This document shows positions 16,954 to 27,500 of a stretch of 64,000 nt of DNA, piece after piece. How positions within the stretch are numbered: position 1 is the stretch's first letter; every line of letters starts with the position of its first letter. Under the pieces are notes generated by a model, which worked only from the letters and a program-made list of their open reading frames with translations, ran no database searches and was not told where the DNA came from. The DNA is from a virus. Taxonomy: Duplodnaviria > Caudoviricetes. A program made the translations under genes and the position numbers. The DNA lies in the IMG/VR virus record IMGVR_UViG_3300033121_001571, one strand, 5' to 3'.

Positions 16954-18156
16954 TTAAAGTTCAAGCTCAGTTATCTTCAGAGGAAATGCTTGAACGTATC
17001 TCTTAGTCTTCACAAAATCAATTGACTTAACAAGATCAACAAATTCTCGTGGTACATCTACATACATAGCATCATGCACAAAAAATAAAGGTCTGATCTT
17101 TTTAGAGATCTGCTCATACTGTTTAATCAAACCAGCAAATCCAAGCAAGACAACATCTACGCCAGAAGACTGTGCAAAATAGTTAACTAAAACATGGTCT
17201 TTTATATCATCAACAAAGATAGGCCGGCCGAAAGCATTCATCACATAACTGTCATCTGCAACTTGTTGTTTCAAACGTTTCACAAGTTTTTTAGTCTTAA
17301 ACGTTGATTTTGCAAATTCATACAACCTACTCTCTTCTGGCAAGAATTCACTACTCTTACCGCTTCCATAGATCTCAGAAATGATGATCTCTTTAATCTT
17401 GCTTCTATCTAACGACGTTACTTGCGCTCTTTCAGCAACCCACGAATACAGATCACTTGAGTTACAAGTACCATTAGCTTCATATAAACATATTCTTGGT
17501 TCAAGTTCTGAAAAATCTACACTTAAAATCACACCATCATCATAGACTGATCTCAGTAATCTTGCTCTGTGTTCTTTCTTTAGAGTCAAAACGTGTGGGC
17601 CAGACATCACTGTTAACCTTCCTGTCAAAGTGTTCATTCTGTCATATTCCACTCTACCAACAAATCCATTTTCATCTGGCAAAAATGTCTTAAGAGATGC
17701 AACGTTCCCATCACGAGCTTGCACAAGATCTCTAAGCACAGACTTATCAACACGTATAGACTTAAGAGCCTGAAGAGACGGTGTTTCTTTCACCCACGTG
17801 CCCTCATAATAATGTTTTGAAACCTTGGGTAGGGTAACCATTAACCTATCCACAAGATTTTTCGTGAAGTCTCTGTGTGCTTTCTGTGAAACGTACTTAC
17901 TCCACACAGAACTTCTTGTAGCACCCAATTGTGACAACATACGATTTATGTTTGATGGAATATCAAACAACATGTCTTGCCTGTAAAGTTTTAAAATTGT
18001 GTTAAGACAATCAGAAGCATTCTGATCGTGATACGTTTTTAAGACATAAAAATCTCTTGGAACGTTTTCTGTCCAATAAAAACTCTCAGGTGATTCACTG
18101 TTAAAACACAAGCTCTTCTCTGTTCCCAACAGAGTGTTAGATACACAAACATTCAC
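16954..18156 (-). CDS. Minimal family A DNA polymerase domain
   Basis: TGRL, motif A SVDFSELEPR, motif B RSKIKE....IYG, NYFAQS, motif C VHDA. Only 400 aa. Confidence 0.82.
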   Translation of the reverse strand: MNVCVSNTLLGTEKSLCFNSESPESFYWTENVPRDFYVLKTYHDQNASDCLNTILKLYRQDMLFDIPSNINRMLSQLGATRSSVWSKYVSQKAHRDFTKNLVDRLMVTLPKVSKHYYEGTWVKETPSLQALKSIRVDKSVLRDLVQARDGNVASLKTFLPDENGFVGRVEYDRMNTLTGRLTVMSGPHVLTLKKEHRARLLRSVYDDGVILSVDFSELEPRICLYEANGTCNSSDLYSWVAERAQVTSLDRSKIKEIIISEIYGSGKSSEFLPEESRLYEFAKSTFKTKKLVKRLKQQVADDSYVMNAFGRPIFVDDIKDHVLVNYFAQSSGVDVVLLGFAGLIKQYEQISKKIRPLFFVHDAMYVDVPREFVDLVKSIDFVKTKRYVQAFPLKITELEL

Positions 18157-18190
18157 TTTGAATTAGTACAACAAAAAGTGCAAAATTACA

Positions 18191-21043
18191 TCACTTCTTC
18201 GTGGGTAACTGTGAAGGTATACTCTTGATAACATCCAACACGTTTGGTGCACCTTCAAACACTCCGTATGCATCGTAGTAACCCCACGTCCATTGTGTTT
18301 CGAATTTTCCAGGCGTTATAGTGTGAGTCAATCCAGTGACAACATACAAGTTATCTATTGAAGTTCCTGTATTAAAATCAACAAAAAATATCTGTGCCAT
18401 CTGTGCTAACGGACAACCAAGCGTAGACATAGAAAGTGTCGCTGGAATGACTCTTAACGGCAATCCAGAAACACCGGATCCATTTGGCATAATCACGTTC
18501 TTGGCACTGTTTGATCTAAGCATGTTTACAGTGCTAAGCAACGCATCTGCTTTTGATGATAAGTTTGCAGACACTATCGTACTTCCATTTGCACCATATG
18601 TTATGGAAGGAACCATCTTTGAAACAACATCTTTAATTTGACGAACATTTGAAAATTGCGTCAGCTTGATCTTACCAGTCTTTGCATCTAACGTGATTTG
18701 GTTGTTGATTGCGTCTAAGTTTAGAATAGACGACTGTGTTAGTGACTTTTGATCAATGAATTTCTTCGCATAGTCAGTTGACCCCACTTCTATAAATGTC
18801 TTTTCATTTGCATTTTTCAAGATAGTTGCTGCTGCTTTGTGAGGATTAGCTTGTTTATCATAGACGTGAATCCTCATAATTTTTCTGAGTTGTTGACCTT
18901 TTAACTGGTTGTCAAACAACATAGTCGCATCTTTTGCAGAATAAGCAAGAGTCAATAACACATCAGAATCGCCGACTTGCGTGGGACGTTCGTGTGTTGT
19001 TTCAACGTACATCTCTATGACTGGCTTTTTGAAGGGCCCATATCTACTGTTCATTGCAGACAGCGCATTTTCAAAATCTTTTTCTTTGTTCTTCAAAATA
19101 GAAGCATCTTTGTTTTTTGGATCGTATGGTTCATAATAACTTCGTAATCCGTAACCTATCGCACGGTTGTCTAAGACTTGTGCATTGATAACAAGTCTCA
19201 AAAATTCTTCTAGCGTGATCTTCTCCCCACCACGTCTGATGACGTGGTCTCTATACTGATCTAAAAATACTTGAAGATCAATAGGAAACTCAGCGATGCT
19301 GTGTCCAGAAACAGGCCCGCACTGGTCATTTAAAACGTAAAATAACAACTGTAGTTCATCAACAGCGTCAGCACTAGTCATACATTGACCAACAAAAACA
19401 GAAAATAACTTTCCAAATGAGACAACGCCTCGATTAAACTCTTTTACGTTGTTGTTTTTGTTATCATTTTTGTATTTAGCGATCTCTGCTAACAGCGGTG
19501 AATCAACAACAGAAGAATTGTGATCACCGGGCAAAAATGGATCAGGCCCGGAGATAAGCTCTTGAAACTTTTTTCTAACGTTGTCAGCAACTTTTGTTTC
19601 ATACCTAGCTTTAAGATCAAACTTTGTTTTTGACTGATCTTGTTTGTACAGTTTGTTGAGAGCGTCGATAAGTTTTTTCACAGTTGCTGGATCTTTACTG
19701 TCTTTCATATGTTTAAGAGTGTCTATAGCTTGTGAAACATCACTAGGTTTCCAATCTGGAAACTCTCCGATCTCAGCTGAATCTAGAACTTGATGAATTC
19801 TGATCTCTTTGTTAATTCCTTCTGGCGGATCTAGTTTTAACTTCTTTCTATACGAAGAGATATCTTCAGATAACTGTTGTATGTCATCTAATAACTTCTG
19901 CGCATCGCCACGAGTGTCTGATATTTTTAAAGAACGTAGTTCTGAAACGCCTTTTGTATACAATTCTACTCCTATAGACACTTGCCCAACTTGATCAAAA
20001 TTAAAACTTGTGTTTATGATTCCATACGCTTCTCTGACCATCATGTTGTTGTTGATATATTCGAAATATAGATTACCTGTGTTAACAGGTGCTCTCCACC
20101 CATAAGTTACCCAAATAGTAACGTTAGAATACGATCTAGGTCTAAGCAAGTCACTTATCTCTGCGAGTCTAGATCTGTCGTGTAGTTTTAGTTGTAAGTG
20201 CGCTTTCTTATATGAATATGTTCCTACTGCTGGCGTAACTGTCACACTGAAATTTTCAATGCTAGCAAATGGTCTGAATGGATCTAGTATTTCATTGTAC
20301 CTATCACCTTGTGCTTGAGCATTTGGTCTTGGTGACACCATTGTAACAGGCGACGTAAACATCTCAACGCCAGCATAATCAACTTCAATTCCATTTGATG
20401 TGACTTGCTTTCCCTGAAGCATAGCCTTATCAGCAGACGACATGTTTTTAACATCAACATTACCTAACAAAAATCTTAATTGACTCATAGGTGGTAATGC
20501 ACCGTTAGGTTCTCTAGAAACTTGGAATTCTACATCAAGATATGGTACAAGACTAGACACCACAACATTTGGCATACTGTTGAGAAATGTCTCAATTCTT
20601 TTAGTGTGTCTATTTGCTGGATGTAGGAATGGTGCCTTAGACGAAAAAAGCAACACTGGTTTCTTGAGATCAAAGTCTTTGCCGATTATCAAACCAGCAT
20701 CTGAAATTGTCTTGAGGTTTTTCCCGTCTAAGTACTTGTCTGCACCTTTTGCACCAAAAAACTTTTGTGATCCAACGTTAGTGTAGATCGTAAATCGATT
20801 TTCAAGATCTTGTTTGTTGATTGGGTCAGCGCCAGTAGAAAGATCAGTCAAATTTTTGACAAAATCTTCACTCTTGTAAACTCCGTGAGCGTCATTTTCA
20901 ATTAGTCTGCTAAGACGCTTTAGAGGTTTATCAAACTCTTCAAGAGGGCCACCTAAATCAACATCAACACCTGATGCCATATCAATAGGCACCATCATAG
21001 AATTGATCTGTTCTAGCGTTGAAAATTTAGTCATTTTATCCAA
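18191..21043 (-). CDS. Putative baseplate hub protein
   Basis: Located after LysM and tube-initiator genes. VTYGW and C-terminal LGCP...NLYVVTGLTHTITPGKFET resemble hub proteins. Confidence 0.55.
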   Translation of the reverse strand: MDKMTKFSTLEQINSMMVPIDMASGVDVDLGGPLEEFDKPLKRLSRLIENDAHGVYKSEDFVKNLTDLSTGADPINKQDLENRFTIYTNVGSQKFFGAKGADKYLDGKNLKTISDAGLIIGKDFDLKKPVLLFSSKAPFLHPANRHTKRIETFLNSMPNVVVSSLVPYLDVEFQVSREPNGALPPMSQLRFLLGNVDVKNMSSADKAMLQGKQVTSNGIEVDYAGVEMFTSPVTMVSPRPNAQAQGDRYNEILDPFRPFASIENFSVTVTPAVGTYSYKKAHLQLKLHDRSRLAEISDLLRPRSYSNVTIWVTYGWRAPVNTGNLYFEYINNNMMVREAYGIINTSFNFDQVGQVSIGVELYTKGVSELRSLKISDTRGDAQKLLDDIQQLSEDISSYRKKLKLDPPEGINKEIRIHQVLDSAEIGEFPDWKPSDVSQAIDTLKHMKDSKDPATVKKLIDALNKLYKQDQSKTKFDLKARYETKVADNVRKKFQELISGPDPFLPGDHNSSVVDSPLLAEIAKYKNDNKNNNVKEFNRGVVSFGKLFSVFVGQCMTSADAVDELQLLFYVLNDQCGPVSGHSIAEFPIDLQVFLDQYRDHVIRRGGEKITLEEFLRLVINAQVLDNRAIGYGLRSYYEPYDPKNKDASILKNKEKDFENALSAMNSRYGPFKKPVIEMYVETTHERPTQVGDSDVLLTLAYSAKDATMLFDNQLKGQQLRKIMRIHVYDKQANPHKAAATILKNANEKTFIEVGSTDYAKKFIDQKSLTQSSILNLDAINNQITLDAKTGKIKLTQFSNVRQIKDVVSKMVPSITYGANGSTIVSANLSSKADALLSTVNMLRSNSAKNVIMPNGSGVSGLPLRVIPATLSMSTLGCPLAQMAQIFFVDFNTGTSIDNLYVVTGLTHTITPGKFETQWTWGYYDAYGVFEGAPNVLDVIKSIPSQLPTKK

Positions 21044-21329
21044 TCAAAGCTGCGACTTCACTCAAGTCAGGAATTTTAACAAGTGTTCCTGCTGGAACTT
21101 GTAATCCCCATCCAATGTCACTAGCAGCTGCAAGAATCCACCAATATCTAGCATCGTTGTAAACAACGCCAGCTACCGTGTCAAGTCTTTCTGCACCACG
21201 GAGAACGATCTCTTTTGTAGAAATTCTGTTATTTTTTACTGCACTTCGAATCGCTTGAATAGTTTTTGATGTACCAAATTGTGAACCAAAGTCAATGATC
21301 GAAGTTCGAGAGTATCTGCTGAATGCCAT
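21036..21329 (-). CDS. LysM/tail-X baseplate wedge protein
   Basis: ERLDTVAGVVYNDARYWWILAAAS...VPAGTLVKIP. Confidence 0.8.
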   Translation of the reverse strand: MAFSRYSRTSIIDFGSQFGTSKTIQAIRSAVKNNRISTKEIVLRGAERLDTVAGVVYNDARYWWILAAASDIGWGLQVPAGTLVKIPDLSEVAALIG

Positions 21330-21332
21330 GTG

Positions 21333-24300
21333 TTAACTCTTCTTGTTCTTAACTGGAACAGCTCTTTGTGACATCGTACCAACTGGATACACTGGCGCTC
21401 TGTTATATCCCATGTGATCAATACCTGGCGATATGTCGTGAATTGGTGAAAACGAAACTGTTATCTTGCACATTTTGGGTGCAGTTCTACCAGGAGACAC
21501 TTCCCATGTAACGTTATCGTTCCAGTCAAATCCTAAACTGTCAATCGTACCAGCGATACCTTTTCCTCCAACTTCTTTGAATGATTTTGCTATTGCATTT
21601 GCATCTTGACCATCTTCTTTTAAGAACGTTGACAATAACTGAGCAAACTCATCAGTCTTTGCACTTATTGCTTTTCCTACGATCTTATCAATAGTGTATT
21701 TTGTTGGTCTAAGCATCGTCAGTGGAATCACATATCTTCCACCGATATAACGACTCTGAAACTCACTTGGATTATCGTATTGTTGCTTGATTGTCTGTGC
21801 ATTTATATCCATCCCGCCGAAATCAGCTTCTTCATTAACTTCAACTTTACAGACGACTAACTGGTTATCTAGAATCTTTTCAATACGAACTTGAAAGAAA
21901 TCTGGCACTCCTGTCTGCCAAAACATAAGTGCATTCTGCGGTTTTCCAGAAAAATTGACAGAAATAGTTGAGTCATTGTACAAAGGATACGGAGTGTTTC
22001 CTTGTGGAATAAATGTCAATTCACTTGGAGTTTTCACAGATTCAAGAAATGCTTTAATGAGTTTTTCATAGTCAGCTTGCGTAAGTTTATCAATGTCTGT
22101 GAAAACTTTGTTGTCTAATTTCATAGTTGGATCTCCCAAACCAAACAACCTAGCTAAACCAAATCTAGAATAGTTTGTCTTCCACATATCACCAAGTCTG
22201 ATCCTGACTAACGGGCTTGCACCAATTAACTGAGAAAATGGTTGTGTAAACAAATACTTGCCGTCTTTGTCTTGTAATTTTTTCCCAGCTGTGTATTGAG
22301 GATATACTAAAGTGACTAACTTATTGATCTTGTTCCACATAGCATCAAAGTCTGGAAGTGACGTCGAAACTAGATAAAAGCTCATGGCCATTTTTCTAGC
22401 TGTGCTCTTATAGATCTTTACTGGCTCTACTCTCCCATAATAGTCACCTGATTCATAGTTTGGTGCAAACTCATCTGTAAGAGAAGTCAAGAATGCATGA
22501 AAAGAAATAATTTCATTTGTTCTCACGTCGTGAAAATAAAACGGCACGTATTCTGCGTCTAACATTTTTTCCATAGAATCAACAACGTCTTGTGGAATCC
22601 TCCAACCGTTTGCTTTTGTTCCTATGTGAGATTGTGCTCTAGAATCTAGATCACTTAACACACCAATAGACGGATCAAAAGAACCCAATTCTTTTGCTGC
22701 AATCGCAGATGTTCCAATGTTAGAAGGTAACAAATAAAGTGCTGGTGCTCTGTTAGATGCCCACGCTAATTTAAGACTGTTTTGAAGTCTGTTTTTTGAT
22801 GCTGCATTTCCATTTAAATTTCCATATGCATCCATAGAAGAAACTTTCAATCCTGGACCTATGACATTTTTGTCATAACTTGTCTCTTGAACTGATAAAA
22901 GAGCATCTCCAAGTTGAGCAAAAACGTTACAAGCGTTGATTACCTTAGAAGATTTTAGAAGATCAACGAATGCTAAAAGTTTTTCTACTGCATCAATTGG
23001 ATTGCTTCCAATCTTTGAAAGATAGTCAATGATAACATAGCTAGAACGCACAATTGCTCTGCACACTACAGCGTTAAATCCAGCATCTTGTCCAAAAGAG
23101 TCTGCAACCGCTAGACCAATAGCTCCAAGAGGGTTGTCTGTTTTAAGACCAAAGAACGCGCGGGCGCCCGTTCTCAAACACTCTCCAAAAGAGTGAATAG
23201 TTGGATTGATTCCCACCAAACTAGCTATGTCAAGATTTACAGCAGAAGTAATTGTTCCTAAAAGACCACCAGTCTGATCTTTCTTTTGCCCACTATAATA
23301 ACGACCCAACGCGTATCTTCCCAAAGTGTCTCTAGTTGGATTCTTAGTCTGAGGACTTATAAGATTAAGAAGTGCGCCCAAGCTCTCTATTATGATTTCT
23401 AAACTTGCAACCAGCGCTGCAGAAAGAGGAATCATACCTAACGCATCCATTCCTGAAAATTTATCGCTAGGGTTGTTAAGAGAACCCCAAGAATCAGAAC
23501 CACCAATATCAATGATGTTATCTGTTGGAACTTCTGTGTCTGCTAACTGTTTTAAGATATCCTTTGTTTGAAGCGTGATATTTTTTACTTTAGTGACACC
23601 GAGTTGAGAAGTTCCTGGTAACACTGCAATTGATGAAGCAACGGTTGAACTAGGATCAAATCCTTGGTCATTAGACAATATCTCTGACGTCGCTCTCATC
23701 ATAAGTGCAGGACCAACTTGCATCATCTTTCTAGAAGAAACACTCTCTCCTCCCTTGCTAGATCCCTTTTCTAACCCAACAAGCACTGTAGGATTGTAGT
23801 AGGGAGATACGTTTTCTGTGTCAGGATAAGACACCTGCAAAAATGGAGGAAGATTTGAGTTTTCTTCAATTGGTTGAAATCTGTTGTTTTTCAACACAGC
23901 AGACGTATATTTCTTTATTGTCTTTGAGGTCTCAGTGTCTGCTTTGATCAATAAATCATTTCCGTCTGGAATATTAGCTGAGGACTTTCCTTTCTTAAAC
24001 TCCGTTGCTATCTCAGGAAATTGCTCAGAGTAATATGAGTTTAGTGCTGGCTCAAACCCTTCTTGATTATCCGGAAACTTAATAGGAGTTGGATTACCTT
24101 GATCTGCTGAAAGATTTATCTCAGAGTAACCTGGAGAGACTGGAATATTGTTTGGGACGCCGTTAGTCTGTTCTGTACCAGAGGTAGAGTCACTAAGATA
24201 TTTTGATAGCCTCTCTTTTGTTTTCTTTGTTAGATCTTTTTTAGTGTTATCTTTTTTGATATCGCCAGAAGAATACTGCCCCTGAGAACCTCCTTGGTCT

Positions 24301-24374
24301 TCTGGCACACCTGTGTCATAAGTGTACAGATCTCCATCTATACTAAACCCGCCCGTGCCAGTGTCAATTGGCAT
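21333..24374 (-). CDS. Putative baseplate/tail-tube initiator protein
   Basis: Located after the tape measure. FHAFLTSLTDEF..YYGRVEPVKIYKSTARK..F, KINKLVTLVYPQY and SPLVRIRLGD resemble tube-initiator domains. Confidence 0.6.
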   Translation of the reverse strand: MPIDTGTGGFSIDGDLYTYDTGVPEDQGGSQGQYSSGDIKKDNTKKDLTKKTKERLSKYLSDSTSGTEQTNGVPNNIPVSPGYSEINLSADQGNPTPIKFPDNQEGFEPALNSYYSEQFPEIATEFKKGKSSANIPDGNDLLIKADTETSKTIKKYTSAVLKNNRFQPIEENSNLPPFLQVSYPDTENVSPYYNPTVLVGLEKGSSKGGESVSSRKMMQVGPALMMRATSEILSNDQGFDPSSTVASSIAVLPGTSQLGVTKVKNITLQTKDILKQLADTEVPTDNIIDIGGSDSWGSLNNPSDKFSGMDALGMIPLSAALVASLEIIIESLGALLNLISPQTKNPTRDTLGRYALGRYYSGQKKDQTGGLLGTITSAVNLDIASLVGINPTIHSFGECLRTGARAFFGLKTDNPLGAIGLAVADSFGQDAGFNAVVCRAIVRSSYVIIDYLSKIGSNPIDAVEKLLAFVDLLKSSKVINACNVFAQLGDALLSVQETSYDKNVIGPGLKVSSMDAYGNLNGNAASKNRLQNSLKLAWASNRAPALYLLPSNIGTSAIAAKELGSFDPSIGVLSDLDSRAQSHIGTKANGWRIPQDVVDSMEKMLDAEYVPFYFHDVRTNEIISFHAFLTSLTDEFAPNYESGDYYGRVEPVKIYKSTARKMAMSFYLVSTSLPDFDAMWNKINKLVTLVYPQYTAGKKLQDKDGKYLFTQPFSQLIGASPLVRIRLGDMWKTNYSRFGLARLFGLGDPTMKLDNKVFTDIDKLTQADYEKLIKAFLESVKTPSELTFIPQGNTPYPLYNDSTISVNFSGKPQNALMFWQTGVPDFFQVRIEKILDNQLVVCKVEVNEEADFGGMDINAQTIKQQYDNPSEFQSRYIGGRYVIPLTMLRPTKYTIDKIVGKAISAKTDEFAQLLSTFLKEDGQDANAIAKSFKEVGGKGIAGTIDSLGFDWNDNVTWEVSPGRTAPKMCKITVSFSPIHDISPGIDHMGYNRAPVYPVGTMSQRAVPVKNKKS

Positions 24375-24377
24375 TTT

Positions 24378-24557
24378 TCACCTGCCCATAAGTACACTGC
24401 TTGAAAAAGTAGATATTGCGTTCACAAACAACGAAAGTAAATTTTTCGTAGTGCTTTCAATCTTGATCTTTTGAGCTTCGTCAGCGTTTTTTAACGCATC
24501 AAGATATAGAGGATCTGATTCAAGCTTTGTCAAGAGTTCATTAAGATCTATTTTCAT
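24378..24557 (-). CDS. Hypothetical protein (59 aa), below the track cutoff
   Basis: ATGA overlap with the tape-measure stop; reads MKIDLNELLTKLESDPLYLDALKNADEAQK...VLMGR. Confidence 0.55.
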   Translation of the reverse strand: MKIDLNELLTKLESDPLYLDALKNADEAQKIKIESTTKNLLSLFVNAISTFSSSVLMGR

Positions 24558-27500
24558 TGAGGACCAAGAGTTATTGGAGGTACTGGTGAATTTCTGTTGT
24601 CTGGTAGAGGTGCTTGTGCAGGTTTGCTCTGATCAGTCAAGAAGTTCAATCTATCTCTTACTATAGATTCTTTTCTTAGAATCATGACTTTTTCAACTTC
24701 ATCAACATTCATTGAGATCTGAAAGTTTACGTTGACAACAACAGCTTTATTAGTGACTTTGTAAACACCCGTCTTACCAATTCCAATTCCCTTTGCAACT
24801 GCCTCTAGTCTAGCTGGAATATCGATCTTGCTACCTGCTGCTAACGCAGTGTCAAGATCATTTACTCTCTTGACCATTTCTTCAACAGCACCAAGAGCAG
24901 TTGCAATACCTCCCGACTTGAGTGCATCCGCTGTTTTATTCAATGGCATCGCAGCGCCTTGCTTAGCGGCACCAGCGGCCATGCTGTTTGCTTTAACTAG
25001 CGCGTTATTTATCTTCTTGGTGAGAACTTCTGGCATGTTCTCGACGCCCTTCTCGAAACCTGCGGTCACATTTTGACCAATGTCTTCAAAAACTTTTGAT
25101 GGTGAGTGAATATCAAAGACTTTCTTTGCAACCTTGATCAAGTCTTTGAAAACAGGAATGTCTAACAGTTCATTTAACTTTTTACCAATAGCATCAACGA
25201 CATTTGAAAATACTTCAGAGATTGCTTTGATACTAAAGACATCTTTGATAGCATCAAATGCTTTTTTAAACGTACTCTTTACAGTTGCAACGATACCATC
25301 GTCACCAACGAAGACGTTCTTTATCTTGTCAATAATACCAGAGAACCAATCAGATGCTTTAGACCAAACACCTTTGATAGAATCCCACGCAGAAGAAAAT
25401 GACGTAGAGATAGATTCTTTGATCTTAGTAAAGATCTTTTGTAACGGTGCAATGACCTTATCATTAAAGAACGTTTCCATAGTTGACCAAATTGCAACAA
25501 TTCCTTCATATGCTTTCTTAAACGGCCACGTTAGTAAATTGACAGCAGAGTTAAAGAAAGAAACTACCGCGTTAAATCCCGCTTTGATAGAAGCCCACAA
25601 GCTGTCAAATGCACTTGAAATTATCTTTAGAACACCTTGTTCTTTAAACGCAGAAACAATCTTTGCTGTGAATTCTCCCAACTTCTTCATAACATCACCA
25701 GCAAAATCGTAAATTTTACTCAGTAACTTGAAAAGCTTACCAAAGACTGGTATGTCCTCTCCTTTCTTTAGAACTTTTGAGATAACGCTGTAAAACTTAC
25801 TCATAAACTCAAACGCAAACTTTACACCCGTAGCAATCAACAAAGGTATAGAGTCAATAGCAAATTCTATACCTTTTTTCACTGTGTTAACTAAGTTTTT
25901 TCCTATTGCTGCAATAGAATCAGCCATCTTGTCTGTGTCACCAGAAAACAGATCTCTGATAAATTGTCCAACAGAAGCAACTAAATCAATCTCAGCAGAG
26001 AGGTATTCTTTGAATCTACCAGTGAAATTTTTGCCAAGTGCGCTTGTCATTCCGTCAAATAGTTGTTTTGATAACTCAGAAGCTTTAGATGCAATCGTCT
26101 GTTGAAAACTTGGAGGCAAGAGTCCAAATGTAAGTGTGTTGATTATACCAAGACTTAACACACCAACTTTTGCTTCAGTTTCGCCAAATTTCTCCGTTAG
26201 AGTCTTTTGATATTTTTCCATAGCCTTACTAGTCTCAACTGCAACACCTGCAATCGCAGCAGCTATTCCAATCTTTCCAAGAGCACCACCAAACTTGCTC
26301 ATAGATTTAGCACCAGATGCTTCAACTGCTTGTGTAAATCCACCAGAAACTAACTCAAATACTTTTGTACCAAGTGTTGGTATGTACTTTACTATTGCTG
26401 AAGTGAGTGCTGTCAATAGCGCCTTTGATAGAACAGGACCGAACAACGCAGTTGCTAAAAATGGAAGCGCAGGACGGATCATATTCAAAAATTCTTCAGA
26501 CTTCAAATAGTTGAATATCTTACCAGCAACTACACTAAACAAGTTCTTTGCAGCTGGCCACAGAACTTTCCAAGCGCCCTCTAACGACTTAGCAATTGGA
26601 CCAAATGCATCTAAAACAAACCCAGCACCCTTTGAACCGCTCTTTAACTTTGCAATAGCTGCTGACGGATCATTTATAAGATCTGCTAAGAAATTCATTC
26701 CTTTTGCTGCAGAATCTGCGACCCACTTGATTCCCTGTGCTGTTATGTTAGCTAACGCCTTAAACATAGTCTTAAACCCGTTAACTATCCTGGCACCAGA
26801 CGAAGAAGAAGCATCAAAAAATGTGAAGAACTTTGAACGTAATTGATTCATAAGTTCAGGCAAAGATGCTTTTCCCTCTGACAGGTCTTTGAAAAATTTC
26901 ACAATAGCATCTGTCACGCCTGATGCTAATTTTCTAAACTTGTCAGGTTTGAAAAAGTCTGCTATTCCGCCTAAGAAATCTTTCATTCCTGGGAATGTCT
27001 GGACAAACATTCTACCCAGTTTGACTCCTTCCATGTACACGACTTGTAGACCCCTCTTGATGTTATAGATGATCTCTCTGAATTCTCTTGATGACTGAAT
27101 ACCTCCTAGTATTCCCTTAATAAACATGTCAAAAAATCCACCAGTCTGAGTTGCACCAGGTTTCACAAGTCTTTCAATGTTATCAGCTAACTTTGACATA
27201 GCTTCTGCTTGTGTCAGTGTCTTCTTTTCAGCGTCACCACCTTTCTTTTTCACTTCATCTAAAGATAACCCCTGATTTTTCAGAGAAAACGCCATTCTTG
27301 CTGTTGCTTCATCAAGACCTGTTGTCTGTGACAACAACTTTAGCTCTTGTCTTGACATGTTTTCTGCAGATTTTCCTGCTGACAAGAAAGCTTTTCTCAA
27401 AGAATCAACTTGAGACGCAGGGTCTTGTGCTTCCATCAACTTGAAAGCATCAACCTGAACTCCGAACGCTTGTGAAAGCTTTGCAGCGTTTTCAGCAGCA

